Position numbers and translations under genes: made by a program. This document shows positions 1 through 13,700 of a stretch of 64,000 nt of DNA, piece by piece. Source of the stretch: Tubulanus polymorphus (lineage: Eukaryota > Animalia > Nemertea); assembly GCF_964204645.1 (NCBI RefSeq), contig NC_134030.1, positions 2,832,778-2,896,777 of the forward strand. Direction: 5' to 3'. A model generated the notes under the pieces. It did not search any database and was not told where the DNA came from. It was given only the letters and a program-made list of their open reading frames with translations. Position 1 is the first letter of the stretch, and each line of letters begins with the position of its first letter.

Positions 1-160
1 GCCACGGCACAAAACCCCGCCTGATCAGCCACAGCACACGTTCATGCGCAGCTTAGTTGTACAAAGACGTGGAGCGCCAATCCAGATTGCCTGGTTGGGT
101 TTTGCACCGCGACAGAATCTTGTGATGCCATCAGGTTTGAATCCCTGCCGAGGGAGGATG
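1..160. mobile_element. Partial copy of the 5403-5740 MITE family
   Basis: Shares gccacggcac...ccc, catgcgcagctt and gatgccatcaggtttgaatccctgccg...ggatg. Confidence 0.65.
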
Positions 161-363
161 TACACTACTATAGATGCTGTACGCATATAACTTTCTATAT
201 ACCATTTTCTTAATGAACTAATTTGCTTAATAGACAATGAAATAAATCTATGTTCTAAGATCATGATTTTGTTCAACATCGATATGTGTCACTATTTGAC
301 CAGATTTGACCTCAATTTACATCAGGGACCAAAACGCCGCCCTTTCATTCTTGGACCACTCAC

Positions 364-3300
364 CCTCGACACTTTTCTTCGCCGTGACGTCGTTATTCTC
401 ACCGGCTCCGCCGAGGTAACCTTCGTTTTCGAGACTTTGCAGAAATCTCGACGTCGTTTTCGGGAAAGACTGTAACGCTAACGTCATATACTTCTCACGG
501 ATTACGAGAGCTTTGATTAAATCTTCCGACGCTTCTTTAAGATCTTCGAGCGGTACCTTTAATTTCAATTAAATAACATCATTTAATTTCATACATTAAA
601 TGTAGGGTACACAAATTCCCTGACTTTCCCTGATTTCCAGGTAAGATGCTGCACCTGGTTTTCTTTTTGAAATATATCATTAATGAATACAGATAGGGAA
701 GGTCCACTGTGAACCTTGAGGTTCTCATAGAAAACCGGTAACATCTTGCAATTTGACATCTTAATGTTATATTTGAATTATATTCAATGATTGAAACAGC
801 TGCCGATACCTTCGCTCAGTGGTATCGACAACAAGTCGAAACGTTCAAATAAAGTCCCTCAATTGACAAAAAATCATCCCTTATTTTCTAAAAGTTTCGC
901 GATTTATTGACTTGTGCACAGGACAGTTGTGCATCATCTTGTATCGAAAAACTGTTTAAAATTTTCTCCAGACCCCGGCTTTGATTTGCACACCCCCGAC
1001 CCCGAGGTCATATAGATCAGTCGCTGGTACACGTAGATACACGTACCCCACTGGCGTGTTCTCCACTGATACTGATACGTTGAAAATTAGGTATCAATTC
1101 ATCGTCTTCATCATCAAATTCCATCGAGGACGACACCCGCACTTCATCATTGTGTAACGACCTACAATCACATTAACAATCGTCAATCAGCAGGAAAATA
1201 TCTCTATAGAAAACATGCAACAACAAAACAACCTGGAGATACAAACATCAACTCAAATGATACAAAATACTGAAATCACAGGGGCCTGACAACTTTATTT
1301 ACTCCCAGTGGTATCCTAGGTACGACATATAATAACAGTACGGTACCAGTATCTAGGATACTGGGGCCGGTTGCATTGACTTAACAGTCTAAGACCAACT
1401 TAGTTCTATAACAACTTAAGACCAGTCTTAAGATTTAAGACCACTTTATTGGACTTAAGTCACGACTGTGCAACTGGCCTCTGGTCCTCCAAAATTGGTG
1501 TTAAATCTTAAGACTAGACTTCAGTTGTTAGATAAGCTATATAACTACGATCAATGCCATCAATGTGCACCTGATCTGCAGGGGGTTTATAGCTGTGTCA
1601 GACCCATGTGGCTGAAATAGCAAAATAAAGATACAGAGTTTCCTAACAATCCAGGGCCCAGTTGCACAGTTGTGACTTAAGTACAAAAGTAGTCTTAAAT
1701 CTTAAGACTGGTCTTCAGTTGTTAGATTGGCTACAGAACTAAGTTGGTCTTAGACTGGTCTTAAGTTTAAGCCATGACTATGCAACTGGCCCCCGGACCC
1801 AGTTCCACAGTTCAGAGTTCATTCATTGAAAGTGAACTAATTTCAACTCTGACTGTGAGACTGGATCCAATTCTAAGGTGGTGGCCCTGGGAAAGGGAGA
1901 GGGAACATCTTACAGTCAAACTCGCTTAAGTTGTCATAGCAAGGACGATCATTATGTCAATGACTTATCCAAATTGGGACTGAAAATAATGAAGACTTTA
2001 CTGATGACGACTAAACCCGAGATTGACTGTAGTTGATGCAGAGTGAGTACTCACTTGTTACCGGTAAACGACGGACTGATACAAGAATAAAAAGGCAATA
2101 GAAGTAAACTGGAGGAGGAATCTCTGTGGAAATATCGCGGCATAATTCAACCACAGCCGTCAATGATAGTAGAATGTGTGAACGGAATGTGGAGTAATAC
2201 ATGTAATATACCGGTATCATCATATCTGATTACTAAACACAGGAAATATATACACGTAATATGAGCTTATTAATCAACATACCAATAATCATAATCAACT
2301 AATCACCAAATAAGCAACTTTCAAATCAAAAGCAGTTAAATTTAACATGCGATATAGTCTGCGTATTCAATAGCCATAAACTGGGGGAGGGGGGCAATCT
2401 GGCCCTAGTCAAACTAGCGCTGGATCAGGACCGAGACAAATTTGGTCCGCGTTTAATCAGAGAGCGCATTCACATGTAAATCACTCGCTCATTACAAAAA
2501 TGCTATCAAAATGATGCTGCGGCAAGTGAGGTGAATCACTTCCACAACCAATAAGCGTCCTCACGGAATAATGTGATGCATGCTAAAATTTGGCACAGGC
2601 ATGGTGCCAAATTTTTGTTAGCTTAATAGTATTTCTATGAATTTGGCATGTTAGAAAAGCGACATAAACAAAAAACACGCTACTTCTACTAGAAATAATG
2701 AAAAACAACTCGTTTAGACGAAGAAACTTGTAACATATTGCAGTGCATACCCTACGAGTGGTGACCCCTGGTGGGGAGGTAACATCTCACCAGACAGTGT
2801 ACGCTTCCTAAAAACAAATCATAATTCTAAATCCCACGCGTTGTTACTCTACACATTTACGTGAAACTGACATTGATAATATTTCTGAAAAGAATGCGAC
2901 ATTTGATTATACAATCTGAAAACGAATACAGGAACCTTCAACTTGAAAGCGTAAAATACCGACCGCCATATTGTTATTCGCCATAGATTCATGACTGTCA
3001 AATTGAAGAAAAACCAACAATCCAAAGTAAAACTAAAAAAGCACTTTCGTGTTTATAGTTATAATTGATATCTTAGAAAATAAAAATTGTTTTTGAAAAT
3101 GGCACATAACAATTGAAGCGATTTTTCAAAAATCTTCTTTAAAGTTTTACTTCATATAGAAGTTTTTTTCTTCTAAAAACTTGAGGTAGCCGCATTGATG
3201 TGACTGAGTTATAGACAAGACTAACACGGATTGTATTCGTTATACATTGAATAAAATATTCAATTTAAAAGCAGCTGATTTAAATATCGAAGCGAGATAA

Positions 3301-6300
3301 GATAACGCAATCAGTCAATTATCTCCAAGTTTAAGCTCCAGCTAATTCTATAACATATATAGTATCTATAAGAGCTCGATAGGAAGGAGTCAGTTCCAGT
3401 GTGTCATATCAGAGATATCATTACACTGTCCGGCAGGTTTTGAACGTGTTCGTTTCAACCAGAAAACACTCTACCTATTTCTACCTATTCTGGAATAGTA
3501 AGAAGCTAGTGAATTTGTAATCTGGAATCGGAATGCATTCAATCGAAACCTGCCTCATATCATGTCTTTCAACCGAAATTGATAAATTTTCAATCTATTC
3601 GACCTCAAGACTTTGTGGAACCGACTCCGCTTGAGAACATTGAACATGCTAAATCCACATCAATCATGCATACTTTTTATAAATGATACTCTGGGGTATT
3701 AAACTATAAGGGAAGGGATGGGGAAAGTGAGGGTCGTGAATTTCAAATACAAATCATCGATTCAGTAATTGACCCAGCAGTTTTCTGATAAAGCAGACGC
3801 CTTTAACAAATAAAAACAAATATAAAAGTATAAAATAGTTCGGTAGCCGATTGATAAAACATAAACAGTCTATTTCAGTGGACAGTTCCTGAATCTTAGA
3901 TAGACGAATGAATCTTAATCAGTTTCATCTCAAGAGTCTGGAAAACTGTCGAACTGAACACTCGGATATTAACAAAAAAATAGACAAAAATTACTGATAT
4001 ACGATAAATAGATATGGATAGACGATGACAACCAGCAGATATATAGAGTACATACTCATTAAAATTGAGCGTGCAGCTCATACGTGTCGGAGATGAGGAT
4101 AATTCATTCGATAGCAATTCACTAAAATAAATTCATTCATAACACAATTATAGATTAAAACATCTCTTCTACTTAAGACAGTAACAGGGACTAGAGGGAC
4201 GGGGTGGACGGTTTCATTTAAAGGGCAGTTATTAGAAAAAATGGTAAATTCCGTAAAGCCAAAAAAGGCCCTTCACGAGACGGAATCCGCGCCATTATCC
4301 AAAGTCCGTTTGGACATTAGAGGCCCTCTTCTAAAGATATGGGAGGTCCATGCGCGTACATGGAAAGGTTGAGGTCTTTGGTAAATCAGACACCTGATCA
4401 CTTAGCTTCATGTACCAAAAACAATTTTCGATCAATATCTATGAATTCAATTTACATAGGTACATGAAACTAGGATTACAGGTTTATATTAATTAGAATG
4501 ATTAGATTAGATTGTGATATGATATATTCCAACACCATGCATTAATAAACACGCCCCCACACCATATAGACCTATCAGCAAACCTTTGATTATAAACCCA
4601 TTGATTGTACAGTATAACTTGCATTTAGGCAGAAATTCGGACTGGTCAAACGTAATTTCTAGGTCTGGAACAGTTCATTTTCCTATAAAAAATCTCTCTC
4701 TAAGCTTGATTTTATAAATTGGATACTTGTTGGATAACTACTTCATCTCTAAAAGTATGAAAAAATGGAAACTACATTAAAAACTCTATTGTTTCAAACG
4801 AAAAATACCTCAGACCTATGACAAGTATGACATAGGTAGACCTATGATCCGATGGCTAAAACTTTCTTGGTGCAGAGTTTGTTCAATTTGTATTTCTATT
4901 TCCTGTAAGTCGTTTTTTTTTAGTAAATATCCCTTAATCCGAATTATGCCGAATTAAGTCGGAATTTTTCTAAGACAGATGTATTTTGCCAGTAGGCCTA
5001 CCAAATTTTCCAACTCGTGCAAGTTTTACCGTCTATTTTGAAGGTTTCTACCCGAAACACCACAGCCACGGGTTTATTTCTATTAGAAATGATGTTTATG
5101 ATTATATAATTAATAGGAGATGCCGCATTCGATAATTTCAGAAGAAAGTTAAAATTTCACCAAACCTTCGCGAAACATCGGATGAATAAAAGTTAGTTTG
5201 TATAGGGCTAAAACAACAAAGAAAATCACAGAAGTCATCAGTGCCGTATTATCATTACTATTATATTAATATCATGATTAATATCATTATCGAAAAAACA
5301 AAGCAGTTAATTTTCATCAAAACACATGTGAAATGATGAGTTTGTTGAGAGAACTAGCATATCTTAGACAAGGAGAATTCATTAGCATTGTCTATTTAAA
5401 CAGCATCCTCCCACGGCAGGGATTCGAACCTGATGGCATCGCTACACTCAGCCACGGCACGAACCCCTGCCACAGTAGACCGGGTGCGCAGGTACATGCG
5501 CAGCTTTGCCGCGCGAAAACTTGCGGCACCAATCAGATTGCTCGTTGTATAATCGTTGAGATCAATTTCACGGAAGAACTTTAAATGGTAAAACCCGTGC
5601 TCAAATAAAATGGGATATCTGATTGGCTGATAATGACATCATCTAAGCTGCGCGTGTAGCTGCGCACTCTAGTGTGGCAGGGTTTCGTACCGTGGCAATC
5701 TCGATGCCATCAGGTTCGAATCCCTGCCGGGGGTGGATGTTTAAACAGAGGTACAATAGGAGACTAGATTATTTTCATCGCTTTATTTATCACAGTGAGA
5801 AAAATCTAAAGTCGAGTAAAAAGCAATTTTGGTCGTTGAAAATTGAATCCAACACGATTAGAATATAAAAAAGCTTCGATGTATAGTGGTCTCAGAAAAC
5901 TTTAGAATTTCCTGCGTTCAATTGTGAAAATTTGTTTTCATTGTTGTATAAATTTTTCATCAGGATTCTTACAGATCAGGGTTCCTGAACAAAAGTTCCC
6001 CAATAATCATCTCACTGATATTCACCTGACCATTGACCAAAACATTATCTGATTAAATCATAAGATCTCTGCAGCGGGGGCCGTTGAGAGTTTTTTTGCG
6101 ACTCGTAAAAAGTCCAGAATTCCCTGATCTGTAAGATTCACGGATTAAATGCTTTTCTAAAACTCGTTATAAATGTAGCGTTCTTACTTTTTGCTGATTT
6201 GTCGTTGAATCTGATGTCGACAATGTTCGATCTCTTCGATCGGATATTGAGGCATGTAATACGGTTCGCTGATCTCGTTCTGTTGTTGAGTCGACGAACG

Positions 6301-7343
6301 CTTGCGGAAAATCTCCGTCATTTCTTCGCTCTCTTTCTCGTCCATCATCATTCGCTTCGGGAATTTTATTCTGGTCGTCGGTGATTTTAAACACGTCGGA
6401 CTCGTCGTCGTCGTCATCAACGAGTAATGATTCGTTTGATCCTCGCCCGAATCGTCACGATGAATTCCTACCGATAATCGCAACAATGAAATTAGTTGTC
6501 AGTGGCGGATTCAAGGGGTCAAATCCACCATCGATTTACGAATTCCCTAAGTTTTCCCTGATTTTTCCATGTTATCACAGAAAATTCCCTGGTTAAATCC
6601 CAAAGAATTTTCTAGATAAGAATGTTAGGCCTACAGTGTTGATAAAGAAACGCGCCGTCAATAACGCGTGCAAATTGCAGGTGTTTCGCAAAATTTATCA
6701 AATTCCTTCAATTTTTCCCTGATTTTTTTTCTAGATTTGTCTGATTATGCTGATTCTGTCAGACATGTCTTCAAAAAGACCGGAGTGACCATCACTACCT
6801 CCTGTATACTGCACATCCCACATAAGTCATAAGTCTAGATCGGTAAAAAGGCCTTATGCTACTGTAATTTTTTTCTTATTTTTAATACCCTCAACCCACT
6901 AAGCGCGACGCAGGGCCTTATAAGTGGGTTCGATGTTTCTTTTTCCCAATGGGGGAGAGACCAGAGAAGAACCTCCGACCAAGAAACTCTGTCGCCACCC
7001 GGGTTTGAACCCATAAACCCTGGATTGTCGGGAGACCAGTGACCGGCGGCTTAAACCACTCTGCCACTGCGCCTCTCATAACACACACTGGTCCTCCTAC
7101 AGCTCTACACTGAGTTAAAGTAGTGAAGAGAGGTGCGGATCTGCACTTTTACCGTACATCATATTTCCTACATGTTATATAGGCAGTAATGCAGTACCGT
7201 ATATGGTGCAATGATTGATTACAAAACAGTGTAATTTTTCTGATTAGTGATTAATTTAATAATAATAATGGAATGACTTTATTCACACCTGCTGGAAGAT
7301 GAACATTCTCAAAAGACGACGCATTTGTCTCTCTTGTTGACAT
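364..7343 (-). CDS. AMPD2: AMP deaminase, 5' portion (gene continues beyond the left window edge). Exons approx. 7289-7343, 6188-6467, 2751-2807, 1047-1161, 364-556
   Basis: The spliced translation gives EPYYMPQYPIEEIE, FQRISISGEHASG|VPLEDLKEASEDLIKALVIREKYMTLALQSFPKTTSRFL, the conserved N-terminal block of AMPD2-type AMP deaminases. GT-AG boundaries have compatible phases. Confidence 0.88.
1364..1480 (+). mobile_element. PIF/Harbinger-like MITE, family A
   Basis: TIRs GGGCCGGTTGCA...TGCAACTGGCC(T), CTG target duplication on both sides. Other copies at 1655, 24401 and 43689. Confidence 0.8.
1655..1792 (-). mobile_element. PIF/Harbinger-like MITE, family A
   Basis: Inverted copy of the 1364 element, flanked by CAG/CCG. 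Confidence 0.8.
5403..5740. mobile_element. Palindromic MITE with ~110-bp TIRs containing a B-box-like GGTTCGAATCC
   Basis: catcctcccacggcagggattcgaacctgatggcatc... versus ...gatgccatcaggttcgaatccctgccgggggtggatg. A related copy lies at 1-160 and a fragment at ~16590-16620. Confidence 0.75.
6891..7111 (-). mobile_element. tRNA-derived SINE (AMPD intron 1)
   Basis: A box TGGCAGAGTGG and B box GGTTCAAACCC on the minus strand; close homologue at 13778-13994. Confidence 0.75.
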
Positions 7344-7745
7344 GTTGTTGAAAGCTTACAAAAATGTCAGACAAAAACTGTAACTATATTATACGGCGCA
7401 CAAAACGAATACTTATTTTGACAGTTCGATAAATTAAACCCAACCCGGAAGTAAAATAGTGAAATCCGTATTCGTTGCAATCCGTTAGAACCAGGGATCT
7501 CATTGAATTGAATTGGTTAAATACCGGTGCAGACATCGTCAATCGAATCGATTGATGAAAAGCGATTGACGATTGACGATTAGCGAATGACGATTGACGA
7601 CATCGGCGCAGGTATTCGGTAGGTTAAACGCAGTCGGCTGCAGTCTGACACATACTCGATGCAATCCGCTCGAGTCTGAAATAAGCCGCAACGCGGAAGT
7701 CTTCCGTCAAGTTGTCGTCGATTTATCGCGGATTTTGCCGTCAAA
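7344..7745. promoter_or_regulatory. Compact bidirectional promoter between AMPD and MARS1
   Basis: Only ~400 bp separate the two divergent ATGs. ETS-type CCGGAAGT at 7445-7452 and opposed CGGAAGT/CTTCCG at 7694-7706. Short GACGATT tandem at ~7550-7600. Confidence 0.6.
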
Positions 7746-10700
7746 ATGATCATTTACAGCGATCAAAACAATATCTACTCATTACCTGTATATATAGGAG
7801 TCAGTATCAGTGAGATAGCCGTCGATATTCGTGAAACAAAGCGAAACAGTGAGTAACATGTGGAACCATTCTCTTAGTCTGTGTGTATTCTGTTTAAATT
7901 ATCTTCGTTTATCGTGTTTCATTTTCAGCGAACATTGTCCCGTATCTGCGTAAAGGCCAGTTACCAGTATTAGAGATTAGTCAAAATGAATATGTGTTTT
8001 CAGTGAATGCTGCCATCAGGTAAGCTTAACTAGGCTAATGCTTAAATAGAGGCTGTAGACTGACTCAGAATAAGAGAGAGTGAGGGTGTGAACTCTATTT
8101 AATCCCATATTTATATTTCAGATACTTGTTAAAACAAGCAAATAAAGATTTCGATGATTTGCAAATTGATTCCTGGTTAGAATGGCAAGCCACAAAATTA
8201 CAGGTAAAATAGTTACAACTATTTTAAAGCTGGTTTTGATTGGTGGTTTCTACTGATTCGGGATTTTTTCTGTCGCGTTTGTTTCGACCGCAATTTGCTC
8301 TACTTATTCCACATTAGCATAATCTGTTAACTGATAGAAGCGGCCGGTTGAGATTTTGTAATCTGGAAATGATAATGCGCATATTGAAATATGATAAAAG
8401 TGTCCAATTGTCAAGTTTGTTTTTATTCATTTGTTATTTTCAGCCTTGTGTCATTGCTTACCTGATTCAAGCGATCGGTCACGGAAAGAACGACTCGTCT
8501 TTAGAAACGAAAGTGAAATCGTGTTTGAAATACTTGGAAAAGTCATTAAAAGGCACTTGCTTGGTGAAGGTGTGTGTGATAATACTTTGATAAATTGAAC
8601 GTGTTGTACTGTATATTCTAACTGATTTTATAGGAAATTATACAAGATTTATGTGTTTGTTGTTCCAGGACACATTAAGTGCTGCTGATATAGTTGTGTG
8701 GAGTTCTGTTTATCCATTATTCTGTGAGAAATCACCTTTTAAAGGTAAACACAAAATGTTTATATCCTAGAATACTTCTATTTGTAGATATAAATTAGAA
8801 TCTCACAATTGATGAAAGTTTTTTCCATACACATTTTTCTAAATCTGAGATTGTTAGGGAAAATCCTGAAACTCTGTCAGAAAATAATAAGCAATATTGT
8901 GGTGTTTACACTTAGCCTTACACATATACTGTTCTCTTTATAAATGACAGGTGCTGCCAGTGAGTTTCCTAAAGTCGCTGCCTGGTTTTCGAGTCTTCAT
9001 GGCCAGAAATCATTTCAGGACGCTGCATTACGTGTGACCGGTGAAGAGGGTCTTAAATCCTGCAAGGTAATTACGCGAGGCCTTACATTGCCTCAATTGT
9101 AAGATTTCATGAAGGTTATATAAGTAAAACAGGTCGGAAATATTTCCTTTAGCTGATATTTGATTTGACTAAATCTTTATAGTCATCTTCAGAATACTAA
9201 AGTTGCAAAAAAATTATGAGATATAAATCCTGAATAAAAAGATACTCGAAGGCCTTTTTCGATTAGAAGTTTTTCTCAAATGGAAATCGCCTAATTTCAG
9301 GAATTTTTGCTGGCCCAGCCCGTGCCTGTATTAAATGATGGTATAATACCGATAGCATCAAGTAAACCTTCCAACAAATCAAACAAATCAGATTCGAAGA
9401 CGAGCTCGTCAGCGACGCAACAACAGGATGTTCCGGCGTTACCTACAGTTACAGCTGAAGAGATAGAGAATGCTGAGAAAGCTTGGCTCGATGAGAAACT
9501 GCTGAAATCTCCTATCCAAGTCAAACATCCTAAGTATGAGTTATTGTAATGAGGTACCATCAATGCTGCTGTGGCAAGTGAGGATCCGTCAGGTTCGCTA
9601 GTGCGCTACGACATCCTCAGTAGAAAAATGGAACTTATGACTATTCGATGAGTTGTTTGCTGATATTTCATTTTGAAAGCCTGAAAATCAAAATTTCAGT
9701 GAAAATTAATCTTCACTGCAAATATTAATTTACCCAGTGTAGTGATGTGCACTGCTGGTACCTGAAAAATGGGTCGAGTCAGAGTCTCGATGCGATCTAG
9801 TTTGAATCTATGCGTATTTAACAGGTTCATATAGTAAACCTATGAATATTGATGTGATGTTTTTTTCTTATTCAGGAAACCAATGAAAGGTCAGAGGAAT
9901 ATATTGATAACTAGTGCCCTGCCGTATGTAAATAATGTTCCGCATTTAGGTAATATAATCGGTTGTGTTCTAAGCGGAGATGTTTTTTCGAGGTAATATA
10001 TTTTCAAATTTCTTTTATTCTTGAATATAAAGAAACATTTAAAATTTGAAATCGAGTTATTATCATTTTCCGTGATTTGCTATTTTCAGATATTGTCGAA
10101 TGCGTAATTATAACACGCTGTATATCAGCGGTACGGATGAATATGGAACTGCGACTGAAACGAAGGCCGTCGAGGAAGGTTTAACTCCGCAACAAATTTG
10201 CGATAAATACAACAAAATACACACGGAAATCTACGACTGGTTTAATTGTGATTTCGATCATTTCGGACGCACAACGACCGAATGGCAAACCAAGTATGTG
10301 TTCATTCGGTATTGTCTTGATGTAAATTACCACTGTAAAGATTGAAAATAGAGTCTGAAATGTGTCATTGAGCTGATGTTTTATTCAACATTTTGACTTT
10401 ATCCTAATAGTCATCTTTGGGAATACTGAGTTAACACAAAATTATGGGATAAAGTTGCTAATTAAGCAAATAGAACCTAGGGGTGATATACAAACCAGTA
10501 TGTTTCAAATTGTCTTCTTGTTACAGTTAACTCCATTTAACCTTAAGTTGATCATCTTGAATTAACTCTAACCGCCTTTGAATTTGCTTTGCACGTTTGA
10601 GAGAATTGATTGGTTCCATAGTCTCCTGGACCCAGTTCCACAGTTGTGAGTTAGAGTTAACTCTGAGGTTAAGTTAGTTCATTTTCAATGTTTTAACCCA

Positions 10701-13700
10701 GGGTAAAATCTTAACTCAGAACTGTGGAACTGGACCCAGTATATTTATTAATGCTGGTTGTTGAAAGCCGTATTTCATTGATGAGCTGCTGCTCTCTCGT
10801 TACAGAATTGCGCAAGACATCTTCTGGAAATTGCACGGTAAAGGTTACATATTGAAAGATGAAATCCAGCAGTTGAAATGTGAAAAGTGTGATAGGTAAT
10901 TCATTCATTCAGAATCATTAATCTTTGATCTGAATTATGTATACTACTAGTATACAATTTTAGGAATACAATACTAGTACACTACTTATGTATATTACTA
11001 GTAGTTACCGACTGTTTTGTAGATATCTTGCCGATCGATTTGTGGAAGGAATCTGCCCGTTTTGCTCGTATGAAGACGCTCGCGGAGATCAATGCGATAA
11101 ATGTGGGAAACTGATAAACGCTGTTGAACTACGTGAACCGAGGTGTAAAGTGTGCAATGAAAAACCAATCACTAAATCCACTGAGCATCTATTCCTAGAT
11201 CTTCCCAAGGTACATTTTCAATTCCTCCTGTTACCGATTTCAAAGTTATCTCAGGATGGCCACTTACCTGGAATCAGATTGTTCTCTATCTGTTATTTGT
11301 CCTATTTCAGCTCGAACCCGAACTTTCTGATTATCTGGAGAAGTCGTGGAGCGAAGGTTTGTGGACGGCGAACGCTAAACTGATAACGAAGTCGTGGATA
11401 CGAGACGGGTTAAAGCCACGATGTATTACTAGAGATCTGAAATGGGGAACACAGTGTCCACTGCAAGGATTTACTGATAAGGTTTGTCCGTTCACTTAAA
11501 CATGGTTTCTCACAGTACAGAGAAATTGAGAAAAACTGTGAATTTTGAACTAATATTCCCAGTTTGGAAACGTTTTAGAATTTGAGAGATTTTCCTCCAA
11601 TCAGGGAAACATTTGGATAATGCATTTAAATTTCATGTATTACATTTGCTAAGGGCAACTTTCTTCAGCGATTTTTCTTGATAATCACATTCATCCAGTC
11701 ACTGCTAAAATGTTGAGTATAGTAGTATGGTGGTATCTGTTCACGTTTATGAAGGCCCCACCCCATTTTCCATTTGGGAAAATTGAAAAATCACTGATGA
11801 AATACTTGGGAAAAACTGGGGGGAAAAGAATTTGTATAACTGTGGGAACTATACCTTAAAAGTAATGTAATGTAATTTATTTCATCATCAATTATAATTA
11901 CAAATAAGATTTATAACAAATAAGTAGATTGATGATGAGGGACCTGAACAGAGCCTTAAAGGCTGTACAATCACTAGGACGTTCAGGCCCCCTAGAGAAA
12001 AAAAAAAGAAGATTAATGGTAATGATAATAATAGTAATGCTAATGATAATATTAATAATATTTGAAATGATATTTATATTTGTAATTTGATGATTGTAGG
12101 TGTTCTACGTGTGGTTCGATGCTCCAATCGGATATCTATCAATCACTGCAAACTATATGGGAGAAGAGTGGATCGAATGGTGGAAGAATCCGGAAAATGT
12201 GGAACTATTTCAATTCATGGCTAAAGACAACGTACCGTTTCATAGCGTAATATTTCCATCGTCGCAGATTGGAACTCGCGATGGTTACACTGTCGTCAAT
12301 CATTTATGCGCTACAGGTATATTGAACGTTGTATTGTTGAATCAGTAAGGGTCCTTGATTCCGTGAAAACTCCTCTAAATTAAAGAAATATTCATACGTA
12401 CCTCAAATCTCATCTAAATTTGAGAAATTATCCCTTGAAACTCTTGAAAGTCAACGGATGTAATCAGTCTGAGTTGATAGTACTTTATTTCATGAAAGCT
12501 GATCTAAATTGAAAAAATTTATTTACAAATTACCTAAATTCTCTTTTGAATTTGTCCATGTATTTTAGTTAGTGACTACAATAAGTCAAATATCTATTTT
12601 TCATGGCCCCTTAATCAACAAGGCACTGATAGTGAACTCATAGTGAACCTCGTTGACATCTTTTCTTGTGAATACTCTTCAAATGCTGGAATAACAAAAT
12701 CTGATGAACCCTGTCAATTAGTTGTGAATCTGTAGAATTTCGTTTTATTAATTGCAGAATATTTAAATTACGAAGATGGTAAATTTTCTAAAAGTCGTGG
12801 AGTTGGTGTATTCGGTAGTCACGCTAAAGACACCGGAATACCGGCGGATATTTGGAGGTTCTATTTGTTGTATGTGCGACCGGAGTCTCAGGACAGCGCG
12901 TTCTCCTGGGATGATTTCCTACTGAAAAACAACAGCGAATTGTTGAATAATCTCGGCAATTTTATCAACAGGTCAGTAATAGATCTAGAGAGCACACGCA
13001 AAAATTCAAGGAATGTTAGATGGTCATAGCTTATACATGCCTACCTGTCTTCTCTGTCTATCATCGGTAGCCCTTCTTCTACTCCTGCCATCCTGAATGT
13101 CAGTGTGTTTCACATCACCAAATCCTTGGTTCTGGTACTTGTTCCTGAGAGGTTGATGCCAATAACTTTTGATGTTTATCATGTTTTGATGGTGAAAGTA
13201 CCAGTAAATGATATCTGAGGATATTTTATCCCGTAGTATAAGTGAAACAAGGAATTTGTGAGTTAATTCAAGAAATATTAGATCTGATTATTCTGGTTGC
13301 ATTCAGGTCTTTGATGTTCGTCGATAACAATTTCAAAGGAGTGATTCCGGAGATTGTACTGACGCAGGAAGATAAGGAACTGTTGGCCGCTATCAACAGA
13401 GAACTGAACTCTTTCATTACTAACATGGAACAAGTACGGTAAGAGATGGAAGTGAGCTGAAGATTTGAGTAAACATAACTTTCCTAAATTTTTTTGTAAC
13501 GAATGTTTGTACGAACGAATATTTCAGATTGAGAGACGGCATCAGAAATATGCTCACTATTTCACGCTACGGGAATCAGTATATACAGGCTAATAAACCG
13601 TGGGTGCTGATGAAAGGATCTGATACTGACAAGTAAGTTTTTAACGGGTATTTGTTCGATTTTACTCGAGAAAGCTTCAAGAAACGAGACCCAATTTTAC

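Noticed and set aside
25-5868. Similar short ORFs containing LPRQGFxPDGI (25-279, 5333-5584, 5674-5868)
   Set aside because: They are translations of MITE inverted repeats, not a protein family.
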